Part shown: positions 18,474 through 29,004 of the stretch, in pieces
How positions within the stretch are numbered: position 1 is the first letter of the stretch
Layout of the letters: every line of letters starts with the position of its first letter
From: a bacterium
GTDB lineage: Bacteria > Zixibacteria > MSB-5A5 > GN15 > FEB-12
DNA length: 64,000 nt
Direction: 5' to 3'
Assembly: GCA_030605565.1 (NCBI GenBank)
Contig: JAUWIB010000105.1
Coordinates: forward strand, 10,650 to 74,649
Translations under genes and position numbers: made by a program
The notes under the pieces: generated by a model
Database searches by the model: none
What the model was told of the DNA's origin: nothing
Seen by the model: the letters and a program-made list of their open reading frames with translations, nothing else

Positions 18474-20738
18474 TCAATAAACCAGTATTTCGCCGGACTG
18501 TTTGAAATGGATCAGGAAGATGTTGTATCTCCCGGTATGCATCCCCGCCAGTGAAGAGAGATCTTGCTCTGAGGTGACATTGGTTTCATTGCGCCCAATA
18601 TAATATGAAATCGTCGAATCAGACATATATTTCACTGCCTCGCGAATTCTTGGATCGCCACGGTGTACATATCGTTCGATGGTAGAATAGCTCGGGGTGG
18701 GAATGAACACGGAATCACCGGGCGTTGTGAACTTGCCATAGAGGGTAACGTAGTTGTTGGGTTCCGGGATACTATCGTTAATGGCTACTGAAATGTCAAG
18801 ATAGCCATACCTGTCCAGGAAGAGTTGGATATCCTCTGGAGAGACCCAGATAATGGCGTATTGTTTGAAGGTCTCAATGCCTGTCGATTCCAGCAAGGCA
18901 TACAGAAGGTATGTCGGCTTCAGGTAGAAGCCGCCGCTCAACGGCTTCTTACCTCCAACGTAGTTGTCGTGCATGTCACTGACTGATACCGTAAAGGTAT
19001 TCCTGCGCCCGGATGGTGAATTCAGGTCGATGAACACACCGAGCGCTTCACCCGGCGCCACATCCTCCAGGTTCGAAATGTAGAGCCTGGTACCGGCCTT
19101 GACGCCGGGATCATCGAGGCGACATTCAAACTCCGACCAGGCATCTCGGGAGAGAGCAGGTCCCCAACTCATTAGCGTAAGAACCAGTCCGGCCGTTATC
19201 GGGAAGAACGCCTGTTTCCAACTTCTTTCGGTACACAGAAATATCCTCGATAGCAGAATCAGAGCCACCATCCACAATCCGATCTTGACACTTAGCACCG
19301 CCAAGACCATTCCCTCCGAGAGGCCGGCGCCGAACAAGGCATTGATCGTGTCTGGTTGAAGCTGCCAACCAACTAATAAGAGTAGCAGTGACAGGGCTAT
19401 TCGACCCAGCCGGCGATCCTTTGATGCAACCAGTCTATCGGCAACCAGGACCACGAAAAAGGCTGCGCCGATAATCATGAACGGCATAGCGTTGAAGGCA
19501 TACCTGTTGATGGAATGAAACACCAGGTGTATCGTGGTGTAGTACCCACAAATCACGACCGGCCAGGCAGCCGCCGACAAACTACGCATCATCAAGATCA
19601 GCAGGCCGAGCAAACCAAGCGCAACGATTGATAGATGCAGCCATTCGACCAACTTCAGCGGCATGATGAAGACGCGCCTGAAATCATTGTACGGCCGACT
19701 CCATAAACGCTCGAACTTCTTGGCAAACAGACCCAGGTATCCCTTCCACTGGTGCACCAGTTCACCATAAATCGCACGCTGGTTGAACTCTTCTTCTACC
19801 GCGTCCAAATCGTATCCTTCGAATATGATCGATGACGACTGTCTCAGATTGGCGGCGGCATAGGTCGGATCCCTGAGCGTGATCTGACCGTACTTCGCGG
19901 ACGCTACCGCAAGCCATGACGCAAAGAGCACGCAGGCCGGTAGTGCGATCAGAATCAGCGTCTTCATAAACCGCGAAGCCGACCAGGTTTGGCGTGTATA
20001 GAAGTACAGCCCAACCACGAATGGTATCCCCATGAGCATGGCGGTTGGCTTGTGCAACACCAGAAGACCACTGATGATACCGACCAGAACGAAGTGCCGA
20101 CGACGTTCGGTCTCGACTCCGCGCATCATAAGATAGATACTCAGTATTATCAGAAGACTCGTGGAAGTCTCCAGCAACAACATTGTGGAGGTCAGCACGA
20201 ATGGAAAGTAGGCGGCATAGAGCAGGCCGGCAATCACCGCAGCACGTCGCCCGATCAGCCGGACAGCGACCAACATGATCATCAAAACCGAAAGAACGTC
20301 GAAACAGATTCCTGCCAACCTCGCGAAGGTGAAATCTGCAATCGGAGCCAGATAGAATACCGTTGCCAAAAGAGCCGGATAGAGCGGCCCGGAAAAAAAC
20401 AGGTCGTCCCGTGCCTGGGTTAAGGTGGGCGGTGTGTAGTACTGCCAGTCAATCGGCTCCCCCTGAATGTACTCTTCGTAATAGTGCTTGAACCGATATC
20501 GATCGGCTCGCTCAGTTTCGGCGGGGGGCGGTACGCCGTCAGTCACGAGAGCAATCAACCCCAGCGCCGCGCAGGCGTAACGCCGCGCGTCCCACATCAC
20601 CGGCAGGACCTCCCCGGATGTCAAGAATCCCAGTCGCAGCAAAGCGGCCAGAATCAGTGCGAGATATATCCATCGTCGAAATACCGAATCACGCATGGTC
20701 GTACTCACAACGACAATTGAGCCGCCGTTGTTGATCAT
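18474..20738 (-). CDS. GT-C fold (ArnT/PMT-like, GT39/83) membrane glycosyltransferase
   Basis: Multiple TMs; WDARRY first loop; PLYPALLA; LLLETSTSLL; INRYAFNAMPF. Confidence 0.72.
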   Translation of the reverse strand: MINNGGSIVVVSTTMRDSVFRRWIYLALILAALLRLGFLTSGEVLPVMWDARRYACAALGLIALVTDGVPPPAETERADRYRFKHYYEEYIQGEPIDWQYYTPPTLTQARDDLFFSGPLYPALLATVFYLAPIADFTFARLAGICFDVLSVLMIMLVAVRLIGRRAAVIAGLLYAAYFPFVLTSTMLLLETSTSLLIILSIYLMMRGVETERRRHFVLVGIISGLLVLHKPTAMLMGIPFVVGLYFYTRQTWSASRFMKTLILIALPACVLFASWLAVASAKYGQITLRDPTYAAANLRQSSSIIFEGYDLDAVEEEFNQRAIYGELVHQWKGYLGLFAKKFERLWSRPYNDFRRVFIMPLKLVEWLHLSIVALGLLGLLILMMRSLSAAAWPVVICGYYTTIHLVFHSINRYAFNAMPFMIIGAAFFVVLVADRLVASKDRRLGRIALSLLLLLVGWQLQPDTINALFGAGLSEGMVLAVLSVKIGLWMVALILLSRIFLCTERSWKQAFFPITAGLVLTLMSWGPALSRDAWSEFECRLDDPGVKAGTRLYISNLEDVAPGEALGVFIDLNSPSGRRNTFTVSVSDMHDNYVGGKKPLSGGFYLKPTYLLYALLESTGIETFKQYAIIWVSPEDIQLFLDRYGYLDISVAINDSIPEPNNYVTLYGKFTTPGDSVFIPTPSYSTIERYVHRGDPRIREAVKYMSDSTISYYIGRNETNVTSEQDLSSLAGMHTGRYNIFLIHFKQSGEILVY

Positions 20739-20765
20739 GAATCCAATGAAGCACTATCGCCTCGT

Positions 20766-21794
20766 TCACGTATCAAGAGCATCTTCATCGTCGGAGGATG
20801 CTTCCTCCCCGAGTCGCTTAAGCGAAAGGTGCTCTTTCTTCAGGTGGTAGAAACCCATCAAAGTAACGACGATATACTGCGCGGCGTGCAGAACCAACGC
20901 GCACGAAAGCGCCTCTGCCTTGGGCACACCATAGGCAACTAACGACCAAACAGCTCCAGCATGATAGACCCCGATGAAACCAGGTGAGGACGGCACCAGG
21001 ATCGAAACCGACACGACAACCAGAACCACGAAAGATGCATCCAGCGGCAGTCCAAGATCAAACGCCTTGAATACAAAAACATTGGAGATGCCCATCAGTA
21101 TCCAGATCATCATCGTCTGCGTCCCTACCCAGGCCGTGGCCTTGGCGTCACTGAGAAATTCCAGGCCACGGGCGAATTTCACCACGACCGAGCGTATGAG
21201 GCTCTTTCCGGATTCGGGGACGAAGAAGAGGTAGCGCGTGATAAGTTGTCCGGTCTGTTGAGGCTTCCGGGCCAACATAAAAATCAGCGCGAGTCCCAGG
21301 AGAGCGATGCCGATTGCGACATTCAACCCCAATTTCATAGACTCGTCCAGTTCTATCCTGGAGATGTAGAGCACACCGCCGAAGATCAGCAGCAGAGCCA
21401 CCAGATCGAACACCATACGTTCGACAAAGATAGTCGCCAGCGATGCGGATTTGGTAATCTGCTTATGTCGCGATGCGAGCGAGTAAGCGCGCACGAATTC
21501 ACCAAGCCGCAGCGGCAGGACGTTGTTGGCCATGAACCCAATCCAGGTTGCCGACAGCAGTTTGGAAAACGGGACGTGGCCGATGGGGGCGATCATGAAT
21601 TTCCAGCGATAGGCTCGCTGGTACATGGTAAAGAAGATAAGGGCAACGTTAGGGATCAGCCACAGATAGTTGGCGCCCTTCAGTGCATCCCATAATTCGG
21701 CAAAGTGGATATTGCGAAACAATGCCCAGACCAGAACCGCTGAGATCAGTAACCCGAGAAGGAAGTACAGGAATCTCTGACCGCGTAGTGTCAT
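20766..21794 (-). CDS. Lysylphosphatidylglycerol synthase TM-domain / flippase-like protein (UPF0104)
   Basis: RAYRWK, NNVLPLRLGEFVRAY, ERMVFD, PSSPGFIGVYH. Confidence 0.88.
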   Translation of the reverse strand: MTLRGQRFLYFLLGLLISAVLVWALFRNIHFAELWDALKGANYLWLIPNVALIFFTMYQRAYRWKFMIAPIGHVPFSKLLSATWIGFMANNVLPLRLGEFVRAYSLASRHKQITKSASLATIFVERMVFDLVALLLIFGGVLYISRIELDESMKLGLNVAIGIALLGLALIFMLARKPQQTGQLITRYLFFVPESGKSLIRSVVVKFARGLEFLSDAKATAWVGTQTMMIWILMGISNVFVFKAFDLGLPLDASFVVLVVVSVSILVPSSPGFIGVYHAGAVWSLVAYGVPKAEALSCALVLHAAQYIVVTLMGFYHLKKEHLSLKRLGEEASSDDEDALDT

Positions 21795-22906
21795 GATTGT
21801 TCATCCATTATCTTATGCAACAAGGCCTCAAACTTGCCGGCTGCCACATCCCAGTCGAACTGATCGGCCCATTCGAGCCCTCCTTTTTCGAGACGCACAC
21901 GTAGCTGGTCGTCGGTGAGAATCATAAGTATCTTCTCGGCAAGTTGGTTGATGTTCCCGTATGGGTACAGAAACCCGGTGCTACCGTCCTTTACCGAATC
22001 GCGTAGTCCCGGAACATCGGCCGCCACCACTGTCGTTCCGACCGCGTTCGCCTCGATATTGGTGAGTCCCCAGCCTTCCTTGAGGCTCGGTAGCACCGCG
22101 ACATGAGCGCGACGCATCCGTTCGACTTTCTCCTCTTGCGAAACGTAACCGGTAAACTCCACGTGTTCATTGCAATTGAGAGATCCTACCAATGACTGCA
22201 AGGTCGACAAGTAATCGCCGGTTCCGACAACCATCAAACGCGACTCGGGAAGTTGTTCCCGGATGAGTACAAACGCACGAATGAGATGTTGGATCGACTT
22301 GTACTTCTTGAGACGTCCGAGGTATAGTATCGTGGGTCGATCATACTTGGCAACCCCCGGATCCACTTTGTAGGTGTCACGGTCGATGCCGCAGTGAATG
22401 ACGGAGATATTGTTCCTGGGCACGCCGCGCTTAGCGATATCATCGGCCGTCGATTGCGAAATCACGTTAAACGGCAATCCTCGATAAACTGTGACCATTG
22501 GTCTTTCGGCCAGAAAGATGTAGGACCCCAATACGAAGTTGATTTCCTGAAACACGGTGGTGGCAAAAAGATGCGGCACCACCACGAGTGTCTTGAGGTC
22601 CAGATACAGGGGTGTGTAGAACGGGATTTTGTTGATATCTTCAACCAACAGGTCGAACCGGTTTTCTTTGGCCAGCCGCCTCAGGTGGAACGGCGCAACC
22701 AGGTTGAAGTTGAACCGATTACCGCGTCGGATGATGTGGATACCTTTGATGGTTTCCTCTGGTCGGCAGTCCTTGTAGCCGGAGCAAAACAGCGTGACAT
22801 CATGACCACGGCGGACCAGACGCCTGAGAAGTTCTTCGAGATGCACTTCGGCGCCACCGGCGTAAGGGTTCTTCAGGTCGTTCCAGTTTAGCGCAAGAAT
22901 CTTCAT
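21791..22906 (-). CDS. GT4 glycosyltransferase
   Basis: GGAEVHL, YLGRLKKYK, PSLKEGWGLTNIEANA. Confidence 0.92.
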   Translation of the reverse strand: MKILALNWNDLKNPYAGGAEVHLEELLRRLVRRGHDVTLFCSGYKDCRPEETIKGIHIIRRGNRFNFNLVAPFHLRRLAKENRFDLLVEDINKIPFYTPLYLDLKTLVVVPHLFATTVFQEINFVLGSYIFLAERPMVTVYRGLPFNVISQSTADDIAKRGVPRNNISVIHCGIDRDTYKVDPGVAKYDRPTILYLGRLKKYKSIQHLIRAFVLIREQLPESRLMVVGTGDYLSTLQSLVGSLNCNEHVEFTGYVSQEEKVERMRRAHVAVLPSLKEGWGLTNIEANAVGTTVVAADVPGLRDSVKDGSTGFLYPYGNINQLAEKILMILTDDQLRVRLEKGGLEWADQFDWDVAAGKFEALLHKIMDEQS

Positions 22907-25900
22907 TGGCTGTCTCGTGGAGAGAATTCCCGTCGACCCAACCCTCTCTGAAGTTCGGCCAGCATCGCGCGGACCCGTTGATCGTTTGGATTAGTCTGGA
23001 GCCATCGCTGTAACAGCATCTTCATGTCCGACACGCGATTGGTCTCAAAGTAGAACCGTATCAACTCCTCAAAGGCCGGTCGGTAATCCGGATTGGCCGC
23101 AAGTACCGCCGATAGAATGTCCTCGGCCTCCGCATCGAGATTGAGTGAGCGTTGGGCGCGTGCCAACAGCGTCTGCAACCATCGTTTGTCACCGGACTGC
23201 GCGTCGGCCAGCAGAGCACTCAGCGGTGCTATCATTCCCCTTTCCGCATAGACTGCGGCCAGGAACTCGACGGCATCGGTCGAGTGAGGGATCAACTCCA
23301 CTGCCCTCGCCATCAGGTGCTGGGCCTGCTCCAGATCGCCTTGCGCCCGCAAGGCATCGCCGACCATAAGAAAACCATTGGCATAGTTCTTTGTGAGCCG
23401 ACGAGTAGCTTCGTTCTTGGAAACCGTCGGATCATTCACCCCGCGCGCCCGAAAGCCGTTATCGCCGGTGAAGAACTCAATCGAACTCTCAATATCAGTG
23501 CGCTGACCACCACCCACCTGCTCAAGTCGCCACATCATACCGCTTAGCGACAGCATGGTGTCAACGGAACGACCCAGGTACCGGCGTGGACCTCCGCCCA
23601 CCGACACGGCGTAGTTAATCGGTCTCTTGCCCAGATAGGAATAAATGATCTTGTCCATGACTTGACTGTTCAAGCGAAAGGTTGCGTTGTACGGTACCCC
23701 AAGACGGTAGAGACTATCCATCTCGCGATCAGACACACCAAGATAAGCATACACTGCCTTATCCACGTACTGCTGCCGCTGATCCAGGGTCGCGCTGTCC
23801 GGAACGTGGAAGGGGCGAAGCCCGTCGATATGGCTCTCACTCCAGCCGAGGTCAAGACCCAAACTGCTCTGCACCTGCTTGATGTACCATTTGGTGTTCG
23901 CCAGCGCCAGATTGACAATGGTTACGTCGGTACGGATACCATAAACCCCCTGCAAACACCAGAGTGGAAAGGTGTCGTTGTCGCCGTTGGTGAACAGGAT
24001 GGCGTTCTCGTCGGCGCATGACAATAGGTTCCAGGCATAGTCGTAGGGCATGTAGTTGCGCGAACGATCGCACAGATAGTAGTTCTGAGCCAGCGCGAAT
24101 GAGGGCAGCAGCAGCAACACGAGGCTCGAAGCCATGACTATCTTTCGCGGTATCAGTGAAAACCTGGCCACCGCCTCGCGCAAGTATTGCAGGGCAATCG
24201 CGCTGCCCAAGCCGATAGACATGCCGAAAAGAATGAACCCTGGCGTGAAAAAGTAGTCGCGTTCACGGACCTCGAGGTAGTCCGACCCATTAGGTAATTG
24301 ACGAGTACCGTCGGCGAAATTCATATACAGCACCAGCCCCGCGGTACTTATCAGGAGCAGCACCACAAACGGCAAGCCGACTTTCGGTCGGCGACGTATG
24401 ATCTCCCACAAACCGAACAAACCCAGCAGGAACAAGAACACAAACCTCGGTCCGACCATACCATACTGTTGGTGGAAAAAGTTCCAGAAGCCCATACGCC
24501 GATAGACACCAAACTGATGACTCCACTCCGCTCGGCGGCTAAACATCCGTTCAATCATCCCCATCGACCCATACTGTTTACGTTCGAGAAAGTTGATGGT
24601 GGCCGTGTAGCTTTCCGATGGATTGTTCTCGTTCAGATATGGTTGCTGGGCCGAACGGATGGGTACGAACAAATTGACCGACATACCGAGCGTTGCCACG
24701 ACTATGACTATCAAGGCAGTCTTCCACCGGGGCAGCTTGAACAAGAGCCCCAGCACCAGAATAAGCAGCGTCCCGACGGCCATGCTGTAGAAAAACAGTT
24801 CCAGGCCGATGATGACTGTCGATACGCTGACCACAGCGACAAGGATTGGCCAGTTGATGCCGCGCCATACCCACGCCGTCAGGGCTGTCGCCACCAGCAC
24901 CGAGACAATCAGGAACGATGTATATCCCTTCGGTATATAGAGCAGGCCCACCATAATCACGGAGGCAAGAGTGAAGAGAATCAGAGGCAATAGCTGTGCT
25001 CTGTGTTGTTTGTCAGCGCTTCGTGCGAAGTACTTGCTGAGACAATAGAGACCGAACAAGATTAACACGGCAAAGCCAACCAAGCCGGCAATTCCGCTCA
25101 GATCAAGCCACCGGTTGGACTCAATAAGGTCAAGACCGCGCACCGAGGCGAAGGCTCTTGCCAACATCGGCGCCATCACTAACATGAAGCCGTACCCGGC
25201 CCACATGAACATCCGGGGTATCTTGTCGAAGGAAAACACGTAGAACAGATACAGAAGAAACAGGATGGCTATCGGAACGTAGTACGGTATCTCGTTTGGT
25301 CTGGACGATAACGCGAAAATCAAATACAACTCGACAGCGAAGAAAACGGCGACAGCAAACCAAGTCGATGACGGGGCGGTTTTCTTGATGATGAAGAACA
25401 GGGCTGCGACAGGAAAGATCAGGAAGGTGGTCATGTGGACACCGATACTGAGAAAGGCCGCAAAGACTACTACCAGCATGATTCGTTCCGAGGTCATGCT
25501 GCTCCACTCTTCGAAATAGACAAGAGTCAGCCATAGTATGCCCATCAAGATCATCATTGACATGCCGTACACTTCCGCCTCAACTGAATTGGTCCAGTTC
25601 GTCAGACCGAAAGCAACGAACAACGCCCCGGAGGCAGCACCGCCGTACATCAGTACTCTGGTGAACCGATCGGAAGTAGTTCCAAACCAATATCGCAGGA
25701 TTCGTACTGCCGAAAGGTAGCTGAACAAGGCTGTGAAGGCCGAGCAGAATCCGGACAGGAAATTTAGTCGGACACCGATGTCAGCCGATATTGGAATTAG
25801 TGCAAAGAGGCGTCCAATCATTACCCACAACGGCGAGCCGGGTGGATGCGGAATCGCCAGGTGATGCGCGGCTGTAATGAACTCACCACAATCCCAAAAT

Positions 25901-26010
25901 GACAAGGTCGCGGCTCTGGTGAGCCAATAGACAACAGAAGTGCTCAGCCAGACGCCAATGGCCACCTGAGCATTGATCCTGTCGAACTGTGTGCCGAAGT
26001 AGAGTTTCAT
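22903..26010 (-). CDS. DUF2723 / TMEM260-like GT-C protein with C-terminal TPR region
   Basis: SFWDCGEFI, IPHPPGSPL, EAEVY, RERDYFF, FTNGDNDTFPLW; TPR-like helices at the C-terminus. Confidence 0.88.
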   Translation of the reverse strand: MKLYFGTQFDRINAQVAIGVWLSTSVVYWLTRAATLSFWDCGEFITAAHHLAIPHPPGSPLWVMIGRLFALIPISADIGVRLNFLSGFCSAFTALFSYLSAVRILRYWFGTTSDRFTRVLMYGGAASGALFVAFGLTNWTNSVEAEVYGMSMMILMGILWLTLVYFEEWSSMTSERIMLVVVFAAFLSIGVHMTTFLIFPVAALFFIIKKTAPSSTWFAVAVFFAVELYLIFALSSRPNEIPYYVPIAILFLLYLFYVFSFDKIPRMFMWAGYGFMLVMAPMLARAFASVRGLDLIESNRWLDLSGIAGLVGFAVLILFGLYCLSKYFARSADKQHRAQLLPLILFTLASVIMVGLLYIPKGYTSFLIVSVLVATALTAWVWRGINWPILVAVVSVSTVIIGLELFFYSMAVGTLLILVLGLLFKLPRWKTALIVIVVATLGMSVNLFVPIRSAQQPYLNENNPSESYTATINFLERKQYGSMGMIERMFSRRAEWSHQFGVYRRMGFWNFFHQQYGMVGPRFVFLFLLGLFGLWEIIRRRPKVGLPFVVLLLISTAGLVLYMNFADGTRQLPNGSDYLEVRERDYFFTPGFILFGMSIGLGSAIALQYLREAVARFSLIPRKIVMASSLVLLLLPSFALAQNYYLCDRSRNYMPYDYAWNLLSCADENAILFTNGDNDTFPLWCLQGVYGIRTDVTIVNLALANTKWYIKQVQSSLGLDLGWSESHIDGLRPFHVPDSATLDQRQQYVDKAVYAYLGVSDREMDSLYRLGVPYNATFRLNSQVMDKIIYSYLGKRPINYAVSVGGGPRRYLGRSVDTMLSLSGMMWRLEQVGGGQRTDIESSIEFFTGDNGFRARGVNDPTVSKNEATRRLTKNYANGFLMVGDALRAQGDLEQAQHLMARAVELIPHSTDAVEFLAAVYAERGMIAPLSALLADAQSGDKRWLQTLLARAQRSLNLDAEAEDILSAVLAANPDYRPAFEELIRFYFETNRVSDMKMLLQRWLQTNPNDQRVRAMLAELQRGLGRREFSPRDSQ

Positions 26011-26230
26011 CAACGGAGTCCAGGTCTATTCTCGTTATACCCTGCTGCCTACATGAGGACCGAACGGGATCTGTCACGGCTGTCCAATATAGCAGGTTTT
26101 GTATTGCTGTCCAGTTTGTTTTGGAATGCCGTGATCCTGGGAGCTGCCCCTGTAGATATGGTGGGTTTGCGGGCAGAGTTCTCCTCCACCCCATGGTGAT
26201 TCGTGAGTTGGCGCCGGGTAGGCCCTCACC

Positions 26231-26656
26231 CTACGCCTGGCGCGCATCCTCCATTTCCCTGGCGTATCGGTCCAGTATGCCGTTCACGAATGCGGATGAC
26301 TCAACAGTGGAGAACTTCTTGGCCAGTTCGATCGCTTCGTTGAGGATCACTTTTACAGGTACATCTACCATGTGATCCAACTCAACGATGGCCAGACGCA
26401 GAATATTGAGGTCGATGGCTGCGATTCGCTTGATATCCCAGTTGGTGGCGAGGCGCTCAATACGTTTGTCGGCTTCTTCGGTGTTACTGCGGACAAGATC
26501 GATTAGTTGTCGAGCGTAGGTCATGGCCCTCGGAGGCGGCAGGTCATCCGGGTCGATGTTGAACAGGTCATCGCCCGGCGCCTCTTCACCGCACTCAAGC
26601 GCGTACAACGCCTGAAGAACCAACTCACGACCCCGGCTGCGCGGAGACTCAGACAT
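26231..26656 (-). CDS. nusB: Transcription antitermination factor NusB
   Basis: RSRGRELVLQALY, NEAIELAKKFS, FVNGILD. Confidence 0.95.
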   Translation of the reverse strand: MSESPRSRGRELVLQALYALECGEEAPGDDLFNIDPDDLPPPRAMTYARQLIDLVRSNTEEADKRIERLATNWDIKRIAAIDLNILRLAIVELDHMVDVPVKVILNEAIELAKKFSTVESSAFVNGILDRYAREMEDARQA

Positions 26657-26658
26657 GG

Positions 26659-27129
26659 TTAGTTCAAGGCTCGATACAGGTTGACCATCTCAATAGCACT
26701 TTCAGCAGCGTCCCAACCCTTATTGCCTGCTTTGGTTCCGGCCCGTTCTATCGCCTGCTCCAGCGTGTCGGCCGTGACCAGACCATACACAACGGGCAGT
26801 CCGTGTTCCAGAGCAATACGTGCGATTCCCTTGGCCGATTCACTGGCGATGTAATCGAAGTGCGGGGTGTCACCGCGCACTACGGCGCCGAGACAGATGA
26901 CGGCGTCATAGTCACCTGATCCGGCCATCTTGGCGGCAACGTACGGTATCTCAAATGCGCCCGGGACGTATGCGACGGATATGTCCGCCTCCGAACCGCC
27001 GTGACGTTTCAGACAGTCAAGCGCCCCGTCGAGGAGTTTGTCGGTGAAGAAATGGTTGAACCTGCTGACGATTATGGCGACATGCATCCCACTCGCGTCC
27101 AGCTTGCCTTCGTATACTTGATAGCTCAT
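26659..27129 (-). CDS. ribH: 6,7-dimethyl-8-ribityllumazine synthase
   Basis: [29 protein letters not shown]. Confidence 0.97.
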   Translation of the reverse strand: MSYQVYEGKLDASGMHVAIIVSRFNHFFTDKLLDGALDCLKRHGGSEADISVAYVPGAFEIPYVAAKMAGSGDYDAVICLGAVVRGDTPHFDYIASESAKGIARIALEHGLPVVYGLVTADTLEQAIERAGTKAGNKGWDAAESAIEMVNLYRALN

Positions 27130-27144
27130 TCTTTGCACTCCTGC

Positions 27145-28365
27145 CTATTTGAAATTGAGCAGATGTCCTAATTTATCTCGTTTTGTTTCCAGATATGCCT
27201 GGTTGTATCTTGACGGCGACGCTTCCAACGGTACCCGCTCGGTTAACTCAAGACCATAACCCTTCAATCCAACCACCTTGCGCGGGTTGTTGGTCAGGAT
27301 GCGAATCGAGGTCAGTCCGAGATCGACCAGTATCTGAGCGCCGATACCATAATCCCGCAGGTCGGCTTCGAATCCCAACTCCTCATTCGCCTCCACCGTA
27401 TCGCGTCCCGCTTCCTGTAGTTTGTAGGCAAGAATCTTGTTCACCAGGCCGATTCCGCGACCCTCCTGCCTCATGTAGAGAATGACGCCACACCCTTCAT
27501 CATCGACAGCCCGCATGGCAGCATGTAACTGAGTGCCGCAATCACAGCGTCGACTACCGAAAACGTCGCCGGTCAGACAACTTGAGTGCACCCGGACAAG
27601 AACGTTCTTCTGTCCGGCCACATCACCTTTGGTCAACGCCAGGTGATGGTGGTCATCGGTTTCCGATCTATACAAATGCAGTTTGAAATGACCGTAATCA
27701 GTCGGCAGGTCCACGGTTTCCACTTTCTCCACCAGCTTTTCGGTGTGCCGACGGTATGCAATCAGATCGTGGATCGAGATTAGTTTCATATCGTATTTGA
27801 GGCACAGTTTGCGGAGTCGGGGGACTCGCGCCATACTGCCGTCATCGTCCATGATCTCACAGAGCACGGCGACCGGACTGAACCCGGCCAGACGCGCCAG
27901 ATCGGTAGACGCTTCGGTGTGCCCGGCGCGGGTCAACACACCGCCCTTGAGAGCCCGGATGGGAAAGACATGACCGGGTCGCGCCAAATCATTCGGGCGG
28001 GTATTTTCGTCAGCCAGCACCTTGATGGTGTGCGACCGGTCATGCGCGGAGATGCCGGTTGTCGTTCCTTTTACGGCATCGACCGAGACGGTGAACCGGG
28101 TACCCAGGAGGGCGGTATTCTGCTCTACCATCTGATGCAGACTGAGTTGCTCAATCCGCTCCGTGGTCATGCAGGCACAGATAAGCCCACGTCCATACTT
28201 GGCCATGAAATTCACATGCTCCGGCGTAATTTTGTCGGCCACCATGATGAGATCACCTTCGTTTTCGCGGTCCTCATCATCGACTACCACGACAAACTTA
28301 CCGGCTCGGATATCTTCTATTGCTTCCGGGATCGTATTGAATTCTATCGATTCATTGTTACTCAT
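27145..28365 (-). CDS. ribBA: Bifunctional DHBP synthase / GTP cyclohydrolase II
   Basis: DDEDRENEGD, RAGHTEA, RVHSSCLTGDVFGSRRCDCG, QEGRGIGL. Confidence 0.97.
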   Translation of the reverse strand: MSNNESIEFNTIPEAIEDIRAGKFVVVVDDEDRENEGDLIMVADKITPEHVNFMAKYGRGLICACMTTERIEQLSLHQMVEQNTALLGTRFTVSVDAVKGTTTGISAHDRSHTIKVLADENTRPNDLARPGHVFPIRALKGGVLTRAGHTEASTDLARLAGFSPVAVLCEIMDDDGSMARVPRLRKLCLKYDMKLISIHDLIAYRRHTEKLVEKVETVDLPTDYGHFKLHLYRSETDDHHHLALTKGDVAGQKNVLVRVHSSCLTGDVFGSRRCDCGTQLHAAMRAVDDEGCGVILYMRQEGRGIGLVNKILAYKLQEAGRDTVEANEELGFEADLRDYGIGAQILVDLGLTSIRILTNNPRKVVGLKGYGLELTERVPLEASPSRYNQAYLETKRDKLGHLLNFK

Positions 28366-28366
28366 G

Positions 28367-29002
28367 TCACCATCCGCTTTCTATCAACTTGTCCTTGGTA
28401 AGGCCTGACGATAGATTCGCCCGACCGGATTTCAAAATGTATTTGCCAATCATATCAAACTCGAGATTTACCTTGTTTCCGGGACGCAGGCGGTCGACGG
28501 TGGTCGCACCTACGGTGTGTGGAATCAGATTGACACACAGCCGGCCGTCGCCGACGGCATTGACAGTGAGCGAGACACCGTTGATGGCTATCGACCCTTT
28601 TTCAATTACCAAACTGTCATAGCGACGATCAAATGTCACCGCCAGTTCAATCGACTCCCCCACGCGACGGGCGTAATCAACTGTTCCAATGTCATCCACA
28701 TGACCGCTGACCAGATGCCCGCCCAGACGGTCCCCCATCTGCAAAGCGCGTTCGAGATTCACCAGCGTGCCTCGCTTGTACTCGCCGAGGATAGTGCGCG
28801 TGACCGTCTCCGGCGAAGCTTCTACCACAAAGAGATCACCGGTCACTTTTGTAACCGTGAGGCAGGCGCCGTCGCAGGCAATCGACTCGCCCAGACTTAT
28901 TGAGGCCGCGTCGATACTCGAGGCTATCGCCAGCACGCGGTAGTCGTAGCGTCGCGAGATGTTCCGAATCTCTCCGGTTGCTTCAATCAAACCTGTAAAC
29001 AT
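28367..29002 (-). CDS. ribE: Riboflavin synthase alpha chain
   Basis: MFTGLIE, GACLTV, VNLERAL, GGHLVSGHVD. Confidence 0.96.
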   Translation of the reverse strand: MFTGLIEATGEIRNISRRYDYRVLAIASSIDAASISLGESIACDGACLTVTKVTGDLFVVEASPETVTRTILGEYKRGTLVNLERALQMGDRLGGHLVSGHVDDIGTVDYARRVGESIELAVTFDRRYDSLVIEKGSIAINGVSLTVNAVGDGRLCVNLIPHTVGATTVDRLRPGNKVNLEFDMIGKYILKSGRANLSSGLTKDKLIESGW

Positions 29003-29004
29003 GC

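Noticed and set aside
26014..26230. Intergenic gap with a GCTGTCCA direct repeat
   Set aside because: One copy is the -35 box of a plausible promoter (TGGACA-N16-TATATT); an 8-bp duplication is too weak to call an operator
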